NCBI GenBank assembly: GCA_036149055.1
Contig: JAYZQJ010000014.1
Span: 1-64,000, forward strand
DNA length: 64,000 nucleotides
Direction of reading: 5' to 3'
From: Myxococcota bacterium
GTDB lineage: Bacteria; Myxococcota_A; Polyangia; Polyangiales; Sandaracinaceae
The notes under the pieces are model-generated. The model saw only the letters and a program-made list of their open reading frames with translations, was not told the origin of the DNA and ran no database searches. The translations under genes and the position numbers were made by a program. Positions 9,627-20,919 of this stretch are shown here, piece after piece (positions within the stretch are counted from its first letter, which is position 1; the number at the start of each line of letters is the position of its first letter).

Positions 9627-10229
9627 ATGGCGCCGAACCTGGATGTACCCGCCGTCGCGAAGGCCTACGAAGCCCGCGGCCTCGCGAAAGAGACCTTCTA
9701 CCACCACCTCGACGAGCTGCTGCGCGTCCGCTCGCTCGCCGTCCCCGGGCTCGACTGGACCCTGCTCGACCACATGCTGAGCAGCGTGCAGAGCCTCCGG
9801 CTCCGCGAGCACTTCGAGGCGTTCGCCGAGGGCGCCGGCCTCCGGTATCGCGGCCTCATCCCGTTCCTGGAGGCCGCGGTGGCGGCGGGCTTCTTCCCCG
9901 AGACCGCGCTGCGCCGCACCGAGCTGCAGCCCGCCAGCGACGGGACGGGGGACTTCGGGCGGCTCCTGCGAAAGCTCGGCCTGGCGAGCAAGGAGCAGAT
10001 CGCGGACGCGGCCGACATCCAGGCGCGGATCGCGTCGGAGGTGGGCGTGGAGCCCGCCATCGGCTGCGTGCTCCGCTCCACCGCGGGGCTCTCCGTCGTC
10101 GACTTCATCCGCGCCCTGGCGGTGTTCCGCGGCATCGAGGGGGACGACCTCGACCAGCTCGCCGACGACGTCTACGACGCGACGACGCGACGCACCACGA
10201 TGACGATGCGTACGCGCACTCGAGGTTGA
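9627..10229 (+). CDS. Hypothetical protein with a degenerate MshEN/T2SSE_N-like C-terminal motif pair
   Basis: Genome-typical codon usage; FGRLLRKLGLASKEQIADA and IGCVLRSTAGLS..DFIRAL. Confidence 0.65.
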   Translation: MAPNLDVPAVAKAYEARGLAKETFYHHLDELLRVRSLAVPGLDWTLLDHMLSSVQSLRLREHFEAFAEGAGLRYRGLIPFLEAAVAAGFFPETALRRTELQPASDGTGDFGRLLRKLGLASKEQIADAADIQARIASEVGVEPAIGCVLRSTAGLSVVDFIRALAVFRGIEGDDLDQLADDVYDATTRRTTMTMRTRTRG

Positions 10230-10236
10230 CGGCGCC

Positions 10237-11031
10237 ATGCGAGCGCTCCGCGCCCTGCCGACGCTCATGCGCGTGGGCGTGTCGCAGGCGGTGGCGTACC
10301 GCGCGGAGATGCTGGTCTGGGTCCTGACCACGACCATGCCTCTGATCATGCTGCCCCTGTGGCATGCGGTGGCCGAGGAGGCCCCCATCCGCGGCTTCGG
10401 GCAGAGCCGCTTCACCGCCTACTTCCTCGCCGCCTTCGTGGTGCGGCAGGTCGTCGGCGCGTGGGCGAGCTGGACCATCAACTACGAGGTGCGCACCGGG
10501 GCGCTGAGCCAGCGGCTGCTGCGTCCCCTGCATCCGCTCTGGACCTACGCGACCGAGAACCTCGCCTCGATCCCGATGCGCGCCGCCATCGCGCTGCCGG
10601 TCGGGGTCGCCGCCTTCCTCCTCACCGGGGGCGCGCACCTCGTCCGCGGCCCGGCGATGTGGGCGATGATCCCGTTCGCCCTCTTCGGCGCGTGGTGCAT
10701 CACCTTCTTCGCGCACGTCACCATCGGCGCGCTGAGCCTCTGGATGCACCAGAGCATCAAGGTCATGGACGTCTGGAGCGCGGGCTTCTTCGTCTTCAGC
10801 GGCTACCTCGTGCCGGTCGCGCTCTTCCCGGAGTGGCTGCGCGACGTGCCGGCCTACCTGCCCTTCGTCTACCAGCTCGGCTTCCCGGTCGACCTGCTCA
10901 CCGGCGCGCTCACCGAGGGCGAGGCCCTCCGGCAGCTCGGCGTGCAGTGGCTCTGGGTCCTCGGGCTCGCCGGCCTCTCCGCCGTGGTCTGGCGGCGGGG
11001 CCTGCGCCGCTACGGAGCGTTCGGCGGGTGA
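10237..11031 (+). CDS. ABC-2 type permease (DUF990-like)
   Basis: AVAYR start, EVRTGALSQRLLRP, about 6 TM segments, YGAFGG end. Confidence 0.9.
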   Translation: MRALRALPTLMRVGVSQAVAYRAEMLVWVLTTTMPLIMLPLWHAVAEEAPIRGFGQSRFTAYFLAAFVVRQVVGAWASWTINYEVRTGALSQRLLRPLHPLWTYATENLASIPMRAAIALPVGVAAFLLTGGAHLVRGPAMWAMIPFALFGAWCITFFAHVTIGALSLWMHQSIKVMDVWSAGFFVFSGYLVPVALFPEWLRDVPAYLPFVYQLGFPVDLLTGALTEGEALRQLGVQWLWVLGLAGLSAVVWRRGLRRYGAFGG

Positions 11032-11822
11032 GGATCGCGCGCCACGCGCGGCTGCTCGGGACCCAGCTGAAGCTCAGCCTGGTGGTCGCGATGCAGTACC
11101 GGTGGGACTTCATCATCGACGGGGTGATGAGCGTCTTCTGGACCATCACCGCGCTGGTCCCGCTCTACCTCGTGTTCCAGGAGCGCCCGGTGATCGCGGG
11201 CTGGAGGTACGGCGAGGCGCTGGTCGTGGTCGGCTGGTTCACGCTCCTCGACGGCGTGCTCAAGGGCGCGATCAACCCGAGCCTCACCACGGTCATCGAG
11301 CACATCCGGAGCGGGACCCTCGACTTCGTCCTGCTCAAGCCCGCCGACGCGCAGTTCCTGGTGAGCACCGCCCGCTTCGCGCCCTGGCGCAGCCTGAGCC
11401 TCCTCGCCGCGGGCGCGGTGTTCGCGTACGCGTTCGCGCAGATCGGCGCGCCGCCCAGCCCTGGCGCGGTGCTCACGTCGCTGGCGATGCTCGTCGCCGG
11501 CCTCACCGTCCTCTATTCGCTCTGGATCGTGGTGGTGGCGGTCGCGTTCCGGGCGGTGCGCATCGACAACCTTCGCTACCTCTTCGAGGCGATCTTCGAC
11601 GCGGCCCGCTGGCCCGCCTCGGTGTTCAAGGGCGTGGTCTCGTTCCTCTTCACCTTCGTCATCCCCCTCGCCCTGATGACCACCTACCCCGCCGAGGCGC
11701 TCCTCGGTCGCCTCACGCCCGAGCGGTTCGGGGGCGCGCTGCTCGGGGCCGCGCTCTTCGCCGTCCTCGCGCGGGTCGTCTGGCGGCGCTCCATCGCCAA
11801 CTACACCTCCGCGAGCAGCTGA
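11028..11822 (+). CDS. ABC-2 type permease (DUF990-like)
   Basis: AMQYR, IRSGTLDFVLLKP, YTSASS end; GTGA overlap with the upstream stop. Confidence 0.9.
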   Translation: MRIARHARLLGTQLKLSLVVAMQYRWDFIIDGVMSVFWTITALVPLYLVFQERPVIAGWRYGEALVVVGWFTLLDGVLKGAINPSLTTVIEHIRSGTLDFVLLKPADAQFLVSTARFAPWRSLSLLAAGAVFAYAFAQIGAPPSPGAVLTSLAMLVAGLTVLYSLWIVVVAVAFRAVRIDNLRYLFEAIFDAARWPASVFKGVVSFLFTFVIPLALMTTYPAEALLGRLTPERFGGALLGAALFAVLARVVWRRSIANYTSASS

Positions 11823-11836
11823 TATCCTCGCGGGTC

Positions 11837-13897
11837 ATGCGCCCGCTCTGGCCGTGCCTCCTCCTGCTCGCGCTGCCCCTCTCCGCCGAGGCGCAGGAGA
11901 CCCCGACCGTGCGGGTCGAGGTCGTGAGCACCCCGCGCGGCGCCACGGTGGAGGTGCTCGGCCGCGGCGAGGTGGGGCGGACGCCGCTCCGGCGCCTCGA
12001 GCTCCCGGTGGGCGAGCACGACTTCGTGTTCACCCGGCGGGGCTACGCCCGTCAGGTCGTGCACGTGGCCGTCTCGGAGGACGGGCAGACCGTGGGCGCC
12101 GATCTCCAGCGCGCGGGCCGCATCGTGGTGCGCGCCGATCATCTGCCGGCCCGCGGGGCGACGGTGCGGGTGGACGGCATGCGCGCCGGACGGATCCCGG
12201 CGACGATCGAGGTCGCCCCGGGGAGGCGCCTGGTCGAGGTCGACGCGGAGGGCTACCTGACCTTCGGCCGCTGGGTCGACGTCGAGGAGAGCGGCGCCGC
12301 GACCCTGCACGTCCGGCTCGAGGAGCGCCCGCCCGACGTGGGCGCGATCCTCGTGACGAGCGACCTCCCCGAGGCGCGGGTCGAGGTCGACGGGGAGGCG
12401 CGCGGGGTGACGCCGCTCCTGGTCGAGGGCCTGCCGGTGGGCGAGCACGAGGTCGTCGTGCGCGGGGAGGGCGACGCGGCCCGCGACGTGTCGGTCACCG
12501 TCCGGGCCGACGCGCGCGAGGTCGTGCACGCGGAGCTGCTCCCGGCGCCCGAGCCGCCGGGGACGATCTCGGTCGCGACCGAGCCGCCGGGCGCGTCCGT
12601 GCTCGTCGACGGGGAGCCCGCGGGCGAGACGCCGCTGACCCTCGAGGGCGTGGCCCCGGGCCCGCACCGGCTCGAGCTGTCGCTGGATGGCTTCGACGCC
12701 GAGGAGCGCGTCGTGACGGTCACGTCGGGCGAGCGCGCGGAGCTGGCGGTGACCCTCGCGCCTGGGACCCCGCGGCCGGGGCGCATCGTGGTGACGAGCG
12801 ACCGAGAGGACGCCTTCGTCATCGTCGACGGCCTCTCGCGGGGGCGCGCCCCGCTCACCCTCGAGCGGGTGGCGCCGGGAGAGCACACCGTGCGGCTGCA
12901 GGCCACCGACGCCGCGCCCTTCGAGGAGATCTGCGTGATCCGCTTCGGCGAGACGTGCCGCGTCGAGGGCGCGCTCCGCCCGATGCCGGTCGCGGTGGAC
13001 GTCGCCGCGCGCAGCGGCGGGCGGCTCGTGGACGCGACCCTCCTCGTCGACGGGGAGCCGGTCGGGGCGCTCCCGTGGCAGGGCGAGCTCGAGCCCGGGT
13101 CGCACGCGGTGGAGGTGCGGGCCGACGGCTACGCGCCTCACCGCGAGGCGCTCGAGATCGCCGCGGGCGCCGATCCGATCTCGCTATCGGTCGCCTTGAT
13201 ACCGGTCGAGCCGGCGCCCGCCGCCGCCTCGAGCTCCGCTCCGGCGGCCGGGTCGACGTCCGCCGAGGGGACGTCGACCGAGGCGTCGGGGCCGGCCGCG
13301 TTCGTGCCCGAGGACGGCGCCGCGCCGCTCGCGCCCGGGAGGGGCACCTTCACCTTCGGGGTCGGCTGGCCCTTCCTGCTCGGCGTCGCGCTCGACGTCG
13401 GCGTGGCCGAGCCGATCGACCTCGGCTTCGCGGCCCGCACCTTCGGGCGGCTCACGGAGCTCGAGGCCCGCGGCCGGCTCGGCGCCGACGTCGGCGACGT
13501 GGTCTCCCTCGGGCTGCGCCTGGCGCTGATCGCCGGCTTCGGGCCCGACGACGTCAACGCCTTCACCGCGCGCCTCGACGGCCGCTTCTCGCTCCGCCCG
13601 GCCGAGCACGTGCTCGCGACGATCTGGGGCGGCGTGGACCTGTCGACCGACGGCTACCCGTTCACCGAGAACGACGCCGGCGTCCGGCTCCCCGCGTCGG
13701 AGCGTCAGGATCTCGTGCGGGCGCGCATCGGTGCCGCGGTGGGCTGGCGCTTCGCGGAGGGCTGGTCGGTGGGGCTCCGGTTCGAGGGCGCGCTCGCGTC
13801 GACCGGTGGGCGCCGCCGTCTGCTCGGCGACGTGCTCGGGCTGGGCAACGACGACACCGAGGTCTACGGGGCGCTCACCGCGGCGCATCACTGGTGA
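11837..13897 (+). CDS. Secreted multi-PEGA-domain protein with a C-terminal beta-barrel-like region
   Basis: Signal peptide (AEA/Q); repeated S.P.GA.V.VDG...G.TP....L.PG.H units; alternating beta-strands ending in Trp. Confidence 0.85.
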   Translation: MRPLWPCLLLLALPLSAEAQETPTVRVEVVSTPRGATVEVLGRGEVGRTPLRRLELPVGEHDFVFTRRGYARQVVHVAVSEDGQTVGADLQRAGRIVVRADHLPARGATVRVDGMRAGRIPATIEVAPGRRLVEVDAEGYLTFGRWVDVEESGAATLHVRLEERPPDVGAILVTSDLPEARVEVDGEARGVTPLLVEGLPVGEHEVVVRGEGDAARDVSVTVRADAREVVHAELLPAPEPPGTISVATEPPGASVLVDGEPAGETPLTLEGVAPGPHRLELSLDGFDAEERVVTVTSGERAELAVTLAPGTPRPGRIVVTSDREDAFVIVDGLSRGRAPLTLERVAPGEHTVRLQATDAAPFEEICVIRFGETCRVEGALRPMPVAVDVAARSGGRLVDATLLVDGEPVGALPWQGELEPGSHAVEVRADGYAPHREALEIAAGADPISLSVALIPVEPAPAAASSSAPAAGSTSAEGTSTEASGPAAFVPEDGAAPLAPGRGTFTFGVGWPFLLGVALDVGVAEPIDLGFAARTFGRLTELEARGRLGADVGDVVSLGLRLALIAGFGPDDVNAFTARLDGRFSLRPAEHVLATIWGGVDLSTDGYPFTENDAGVRLPASERQDLVRARIGAAVGWRFAEGWSVGLRFEGALASTGGRRRLLGDVLGLGNDDTEVYGALTAAHHW

Positions 13898-14177
13898 CGG
13901 CGCGCCAGCGCTCGAGGGCCGCGTCGAGGGCGCGGCTCGCGGCGCGCACGGCGTCCCGGCGATCGACGTAGGCGCGCTCGTAGGCCTCGACCTGGGCGCC
14001 GGACGCGCCGCGCTCGCGGAGCCGGCGGGCCGCGTCGATCGAGAAGTCCTCGGCCTGCTCGAGCAGCGCGTCGATCGCCCGTCGCAGGTCGTCGCGCGCC
14101 GCGCCGGCCGAGTCCGCTGCCTCCCGCAGCGGGCCGAGCTCGACCGGGACCCAGCGCGGCTCTTCGTCGTCATGCAC
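13875..14177 (-). CDS. Small helical hypothetical protein
   Basis: Fills the gap between the PEGA and kinase genes; natural-looking composition (HDDEEPRWVPVELGPL...). Confidence 0.55.
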   Translation of the reverse strand: MHDDEEPRWVPVELGPLREAADSAGAARDDLRRAIDALLEQAEDFSIDAARRLRERGASGAQVEAYERAYVDRRDAVRAASRALDAALERWRAVTSDAPR

Positions 14178-14204
14178 CGGCCGAGCATGGGGTATGCTCG
14201 CCGC

Positions 14205-15701
<1,497 letters not shown>

Positions 15702-15704
<3 letters not shown>

Positions 15705-15870
15705 TCAGCGCGCGGCGAGAATGACTGCGCACGCCTCGCCGGCGGGACGCCGCGCCCAGCGCGCCAGTCGCTCCTCCGAAATGCTCGAGCATTTCGTCGT
15801 CGGCCCGCCGCGCTGGACGCGACGTCGCGCTCGCCGATCCATCCCGCGCATGTTCGCCGCGCGCTGCTAG
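15702..15870. repeat. 169-bp palindromic MITE/REP-like element A
   Basis: 13-bp terminal IR CAGCGCGCGGCGA / TCGCCGCGCGCTG next to (C)TAG; central hairpin GAAATGCTCGAGCATTTC. Confidence 0.75.
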
Positions 15871-16035
15871 AGCGGCAATCAGTTTGAAACCACCGGCGCT
15901 GCGGGGCGGGACCGCGGCCAGGCGCGCCCGGTCGCTCCTCGACGATGCCCTAGCATCGCCTCGTCTCGCCCGAGCACGCCTGACCGCCCTCGCGCTCCCA
16001 CATCCCTCGGCTCTCCAAACTGATTGCCGCTCTAG
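15867..16035. repeat. 169-bp palindromic MITE/REP-like element B
   Basis: Perfect 20-bp terminal IR CTAGAGCGGCAATCAGTTTG / CAAACTGATTGCCGCTCTAG; central CGATGC-CCTA-GCATCG hairpin. Confidence 0.8.
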
Positions 16036-16036
16036 G

Positions 16037-17578
16037 TCACACGAACTCGACGCCCTGGGCGAGGGGGAGCTCGCCGCCCCAGTTCACGGTGCAGGTCTGG
16101 CGGCGCATGTAGGCCTTCCAGGCGTCCGAGCCGGCCTCGCGGCCGCCGCCGGTCTCCTTCTCGCCGCCGAACGCGCCGCCGATCTCGGCGCCGCTGGTGC
16201 CGATGTTCACGTTGGCGATGCCGCAGTCCGATCCCATCGGGCTCAGGAAGCGCTCGGCGCTCCGCATCGACTCGGTGAAGATCGCGCTCGAGAGGCCCTG
16301 CCGCACGGCGTTGTGGGCCTCCATCGCCTCGTCGAGGTCGGCGACCTCGAAGACGTAGAGGATGGGCGCGAAGGTCTCCTCCCAGGCGATCGGGAAGTCG
16401 GCCTGCTTCGGCGCCTTCACGATCGTCGGCTGCACGAAGTGGCCGTCACCGTCCACGCGCGCGCCGCCGGCGATGACCTCGCCGCCGCTCGCCTTCGCCT
16501 GCTCGAGCGCCTTCTCGAACGCCTGCACCGACGCCTCGCTGCAGAGGGGGCCCATCAGCACGCCGTCCTCGAGCGGGTCGCCGATGCGCACGCTCGCGTA
16601 GGCCGCCTTCAACCGCTCCACCAGGGTGTCGGCCACCGGCGCCTGCACGAAGAGGCGGCGCGTGCTGGTGCAGCGCTGGCCGGCGGTCCCGACCGCGCCG
16701 AAGGTGATCGCGCGGACCGCGAGGTCGAGGTCGGCGTCGGCCATGACGACGATGGCGTTGTTGCCGCCGAGCTCGAGCAGCGGGCGTCCGAGCCGGCCCG
16801 CGACGGTCTTGGCGACCTCCTTGCCGACGGGGATCGAGCCGGTGAACGAGACGAGGGGCAGCCGCTCGTCTTCGGCCATGCGGCGACCCAGCGCGGCGCC
16901 GCCGCTCACGAGGCTCCACACGCCGTCCGCGTCGTGCGCCGCCATCGCGCGGTCGCAGAGGTGCTGCACCGCGATCGAGCAGAGCGGGGTCCGCTCCGAC
17001 GGCTTCCAGAGGACCGGGTCACCGCAGACGGCGGCGATGGCCGCGTTCCAGGCCCACACCGCGACCGGGAAGTTGAAGGCGGTGATGACGCCGACCGGGC
17101 CGAGCGGGTGCCACTGCTCCATCATCCGATGCCGCGGCCGCTCCGACGCGATGGTCAGCCCGTAGAGCTGGCGGCTGAGACCGACCGCGAAGTCGCAGAT
17201 GTCGATCATCTCCTGCACCTCGCCCAGGCCCTCGCTCCGGATCTTGCCCATCTCGAGCGAGACGAGCTCGCCGAGCGGCTCCTTGTACTGCCGGAGCAGC
17301 GCGCCGAGCTCGCGGACCACGTCGCCCCGCGCGGGCGCCGGCCGCATGCGCCACTCCTGGAAGCGCGCCGCCGCCCCGGCCAGCGCGGCCTCGTAGTCGG
17401 CCTCGTCCGCGCCCCGCACCGTCGCCAGCCGCGCGCCGGTGGTCGGGTCGAGGCTCTCGATCGGCTCGCCGCCGCCCTCGCGCCACCCGCCCTGCGCGCG
17501 TACGCCGCCGGCGATCCGGTCGATGCCCATGTCGGAGAGGAGCGCGCTCGCGCGCGCGGCTCGGGGATGCTCGCTCAT
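16037..17578 (-). CDS. amaB: ALDH7/antiquitin-type aldehyde dehydrogenase (L-piperideine-6-carboxylate dehydrogenase-like)
   Basis: ITAFNFP, LELGGNNA, GTAGQRCT, AEIGGAFGGEKETGGGRE signatures. Confidence 0.88.
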   Translation of the reverse strand: MSEHPRAARASALLSDMGIDRIAGGVRAQGGWREGGGEPIESLDPTTGARLATVRGADEADYEAALAGAAARFQEWRMRPAPARGDVVRELGALLRQYKEPLGELVSLEMGKIRSEGLGEVQEMIDICDFAVGLSRQLYGLTIASERPRHRMMEQWHPLGPVGVITAFNFPVAVWAWNAAIAAVCGDPVLWKPSERTPLCSIAVQHLCDRAMAAHDADGVWSLVSGGAALGRRMAEDERLPLVSFTGSIPVGKEVAKTVAGRLGRPLLELGGNNAIVVMADADLDLAVRAITFGAVGTAGQRCTSTRRLFVQAPVADTLVERLKAAYASVRIGDPLEDGVLMGPLCSEASVQAFEKALEQAKASGGEVIAGGARVDGDGHFVQPTIVKAPKQADFPIAWEETFAPILYVFEVADLDEAMEAHNAVRQGLSSAIFTESMRSAERFLSPMGSDCGIANVNIGTSGAEIGGAFGGEKETGGGREAGSDAWKAYMRRQTCTVNWGGELPLAQGVEFV

Positions 17579-17633
17579 GCGGGGGACCTACCACCTCGCC
17601 GCCCGACCGCCAACGCTGATAGGCTTGGCCCAG

Positions 17634-19157
17634 GTGTTCGACGTCGGTGATGCCATCGGTGACTACCGAATCCTCTCGCGGTTGAGCGAGGGGGGCATGG
17701 CCACCCTCTTCCTCGGCGAGCGCAAGGACGGCGCCGGCGGGCCGCCCGTCGCGATCAAGGTCATCCACGAGCACCTCAGCGCCGACTGGCAGTTCGTCCG
17801 CATGTTCGTGGACGAGGCGCTCATCTCGGTCCGCATCCGGCACCCCAACGTGATCCGGGTCGACGAGCTCGGGGAGCAGGACGGCACCTACTTCCTGGCG
17901 ATGGAGTACGTGCACGGCTGCTCGCTCGCCGAGCTGCTGCGGGCGATGGGGCGCCAGGGCCGGCGCATGCGCCCGGAGATCGCGGTCTGGATCGCGCAGC
18001 AAGTCGCGGCGGGATTGCACGCCGCCCACGAGATGAAGGGCCACGACGGGCAGCTGCTCGGCGTGGTGCACCGCGACGTCAGCCCGCAGAACGTGCTGCT
18101 GTCGATCGACGGCCAGGTGAAGCTCCTCGACTTCGGGATCGCGAAGGCGCGAGGGCGGGCGGAGCGGACCCAGGCCGGTGTGATCAAGGGCAAGATTCGT
18201 TACATGTCGCCGGAGCAGGCGACCGGCGGCGAGCCGGACCGCCGCATCGACATCTACGCGCTCGGGGTCGTCCTCTGGGAGATGCTCGTGATGCGCCGCT
18301 TCATCGAGGCGAAGAACGAGGTCGACGTGCTGCGCGCGGTGCGAAAGCCCGAGGCGGTGCCGCCGAGCTTTCGCGCCGAGGGCATCGAGCCGCGGATCGA
18401 CGACGCCGTGCTCGCGGCCCTCGCGCCGGATCCGAGCCGCCGCCCCCCGACCGCCGAGGCGCTCCAGCGGCTGCTCGAGGGCGCGGTGCCCCCCGGCGTG
18501 GTCGGCCCGCAGCACGTCGCGGAGCTCCTCCGGGTGTTCGCGGGGGAGTACCTCCAGAAGGCGGCCCAGGCGCTCCCCGCCGATCTCGCCGGGCCGGTGG
18601 TCGAGCAGATCCGCGCCGCCACGCCGCTCCCCGGCGAGCGGGCCGACGCCTCCATCGGCGATCCCGAGGAGCGCACCCGGACGCTGACCACGCAGGTGCC
18701 CGCGATCGAGCTCGAGGACGTCACGCCGGACACCCACCGCGAGCCGCCCATGCCCACGCTCGCGGGCGAGGAGGTCGGGCTCGAGGAGGTCGACGACCCG
18801 CGCGAGATGGCGCCGACCGCCTTCGATCTCCCGCGCTACGGGGCGGTCGACGACGAGCGCACGGTCGAGGCGAGCGGGCACGAGCTCGCCAGCTTCCTCG
18901 AGCGCATCCGCGAGGACGCCGCGGCCTCGGGGGAGGGCTGGGCGATGCGCCCGACCGAGGAGGCTCCGGCCGCGTCGCCCACGGCGCAGATGCCCGCGAC
19001 CCCCGCGCCCGCGCCTCGGACGGGCACCGCGCCGCTCCCGGTGCAGCCGGAGCCCACGCCGGCGTCCACCTGGCTCACGCGCATCCTGCTGATCACGCTC
19101 GTGGCGTTCGCGCTCGGCGCCGGCTTCGCCGTGCTCTACGTCGAGCTCGCGCCCTGA
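17634..19157 (+). CDS. Hanks-type Ser/Thr protein kinase with C-terminal TM anchor
   Basis: EGGMA, VAIK, HRDVSPQN, DFGIAK, KGKIRYMSPEQ. Confidence 0.93.
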   Translation: MFDVGDAIGDYRILSRLSEGGMATLFLGERKDGAGGPPVAIKVIHEHLSADWQFVRMFVDEALISVRIRHPNVIRVDELGEQDGTYFLAMEYVHGCSLAELLRAMGRQGRRMRPEIAVWIAQQVAAGLHAAHEMKGHDGQLLGVVHRDVSPQNVLLSIDGQVKLLDFGIAKARGRAERTQAGVIKGKIRYMSPEQATGGEPDRRIDIYALGVVLWEMLVMRRFIEAKNEVDVLRAVRKPEAVPPSFRAEGIEPRIDDAVLAALAPDPSRRPPTAEALQRLLEGAVPPGVVGPQHVAELLRVFAGEYLQKAAQALPADLAGPVVEQIRAATPLPGERADASIGDPEERTRTLTTQVPAIELEDVTPDTHREPPMPTLAGEEVGLEEVDDPREMAPTAFDLPRYGAVDDERTVEASGHELASFLERIREDAAASGEGWAMRPTEEAPAASPTAQMPATPAPAPRTGTAPLPVQPEPTPASTWLTRILLITLVAFALGAGFAVLYVELAP

Positions 19158-19636
19158 GCGCGCTGCAGGTGCCACTCGGTCAGCACCAGCGTCAGCTTGT
19201 GGATCTCGACCGGCTTGCGCATCAACCGGTCGCCGCCGTAGCGCCGCATCTCGTCGTCCGAGTAGCCCTCGTCGCGCTCGGTCACGAGCACGATGGGGAC
19301 GTCGAGCGCGGGGAGGTTGCGCGCGAACGGAGGCACCGCCTGCGAGGGCACGCGGCCGCGGAGGATGCGGGTGAGCAGGATGCCGTCGAGCACCGAGCCG
19401 GGCATGTCGACGTCGAGGAGCACCGCCACCAGGTCCCGGTGGTGCTCGCGGATGAGGTCGCAGGCGTCGCGGTCCTTCTGCGCGCGCAGCAGGTTGTAGG
19501 CGCGACGCAGCCGCTCGACGCTCGAGCGGAAGCTCTGGTCGTCGACGTCCACGTAGAGCACGTCGGCGCGGCCGTCCGCCTCGGTCGAGGGGGGCGGCGT
19601 CCATCCGGGCGCGGGGGGGCGATTGGGCTCCGTCAT
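19136..19636 (-). CDS. Single-domain response regulator (receiver)
   Basis: VLYVDVDD acidic pocket, LLDVDMP phosphoacceptor, PIVLVT, KP; TGATG coupling to the upstream gene. Confidence 0.8.
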   Translation of the reverse strand: MTEPNRPPAPGWTPPPSTEADGRADVLYVDVDDQSFRSSVERLRRAYNLLRAQKDRDACDLIREHHRDLVAVLLDVDMPGSVLDGILLTRILRGRVPSQAVPPFARNLPALDVPIVLVTERDEGYSDDEMRRYGGDRLMRKPVEIHKLTLVLTEWHLQRAQGASST

Positions 19637-20919
19637 CACTTCACCGGCTTGATGCGCCGCACGAGCACGTCGCTGCTGTCGCGCTTGGCGCGCATCTCCG
19701 CGACGGCGTCGGCCCGCGCCAGGAGCGCGTCGCGATCGCCGCCGCCGAGCTTGGCGAGGGAGCGGAGGAGCTGCTCCGCCTCGTCGAGACGCCCCGCCTC
19801 CACCAGCCGCTCGGCCTGCGCGGCGGCGCCCGGCATCTCGGAGGTGGGCGCCATGTCGACGCCCGCGGGCGCGTCGAGCGTGGTCACCGGCGCGACCGAC
19901 TCGAGCCCGTCGAGGGTCGCGTCCTCGTCGAACGACTCGTCCTCCCAGCCGTCGCTCTCGGGCAGCTGGAGCTGGGTCGTGTCGTCCCCCCAGCTCTGGG
20001 TCGCGACCGGCATGCCGGCCAGGGCGCGCTCGAGGGCCTCGACCTCGTGGAGCATGCGCGTCGCGTCGCCCTCCTCGGCTCGTCCCTCGAGCTTCCGGTA
20101 GATGGCGCAGGCGGCGGAGAGGTTGCCCATGCGCAGCTGCATCGCGGCCGCCGGCAGCCCGTACATCGGGATCGTGAGCGAGTGGTGGGTCTCCGCGCCG
20201 GAGTGCAGCTCGACCTCCTCGAGGATGGCCTCGAGGGCCTCGCGCGCGCGGCGGGCGTCCTCGTCGCCGGGGCGCTCGTCCGAGAAGGCGCGGGCCGCCT
20301 CGAGCGCCTGCGCGATGTTCCGGCGCCCCATGGGCTCGCGCAGCGCCGCCGAGAGCGCGCTCGGCGCGGTGGAGGGCAGCTCGCGGTAGCTCTCGGCCAC
20401 CGCCGCGTTGTCGAGCAGCATCCAGCGGAGCAGCTCGAGCCGCCGCGACGCCCACGCCGGCATCCCCTCGGCGCCCTGCCGCTCCCGCTCCTCGGCGAGG
20501 GTCAGCGCCACCGAGGCGCCCCCCGAGAGCAGCTGGCGGTGCATCTCCACGAAGGTGGGCTCGGCGTCGACCGGCACCGGCGCGAGCAGCTCGCCGAGCA
20601 GGTTCGCCCACTCGCGCCCGGTGTCGAGGCTGCCCATCGGGGTGCCGCCCAGGAGCGCCAGCGCCTCGACCAGCGCCCCGGTGCGGATCCAGCGATCCAC
20701 CAGCGCCAGGTCCAGCTCCACCGTCGTTCCGGGGCCGTCGGCCGGCTCGCCGCTCTCGATCGCCGTCAGCAGCGCCGCGCACGCCCGCTGGCTGGGGTCG
20801 CGCGTGACCGCACCGCGCAGCATCGCGATGGCCTCTCGAACCGCCCCCCGCGCGCAGAGAGCCCTGGCGACCAGCTCGACCTCGCGCTCGGCGGACGCTT
20901 CCTCGCTGGGGACGCCCAC
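19636..20919 (-). CDS. Hypothetical TPR-like helical protein
   Basis: AERLVEAGRLDEAEQLLR-type helices; acidic linker; GTG start inferred. Confidence 0.7.
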   Translation of the reverse strand: MGVPSEEASAEREVELVARALCARGAVREAIAMLRGAVTRDPSQRACAALLTAIESGEPADGPGTTVELDLALVDRWIRTGALVEALALLGGTPMGSLDTGREWANLLGELLAPVPVDAEPTFVEMHRQLLSGGASVALTLAEERERQGAEGMPAWASRRLELLRWMLLDNAAVAESYRELPSTAPSALSAALREPMGRRNIAQALEAARAFSDERPGDEDARRAREALEAILEEVELHSGAETHHSLTIPMYGLPAAAMQLRMGNLSAACAIYRKLEGRAEEGDATRMLHEVEALERALAGMPVATQSWGDDTTQLQLPESDGWEDESFDEDATLDGLESVAPVTTLDAPAGVDMAPTSEMPGAAAQAERLVEAGRLDEAEQLLRSLAKLGGGDRDALLARADAVAEMRAKRDSSDVLVRRIKPVK

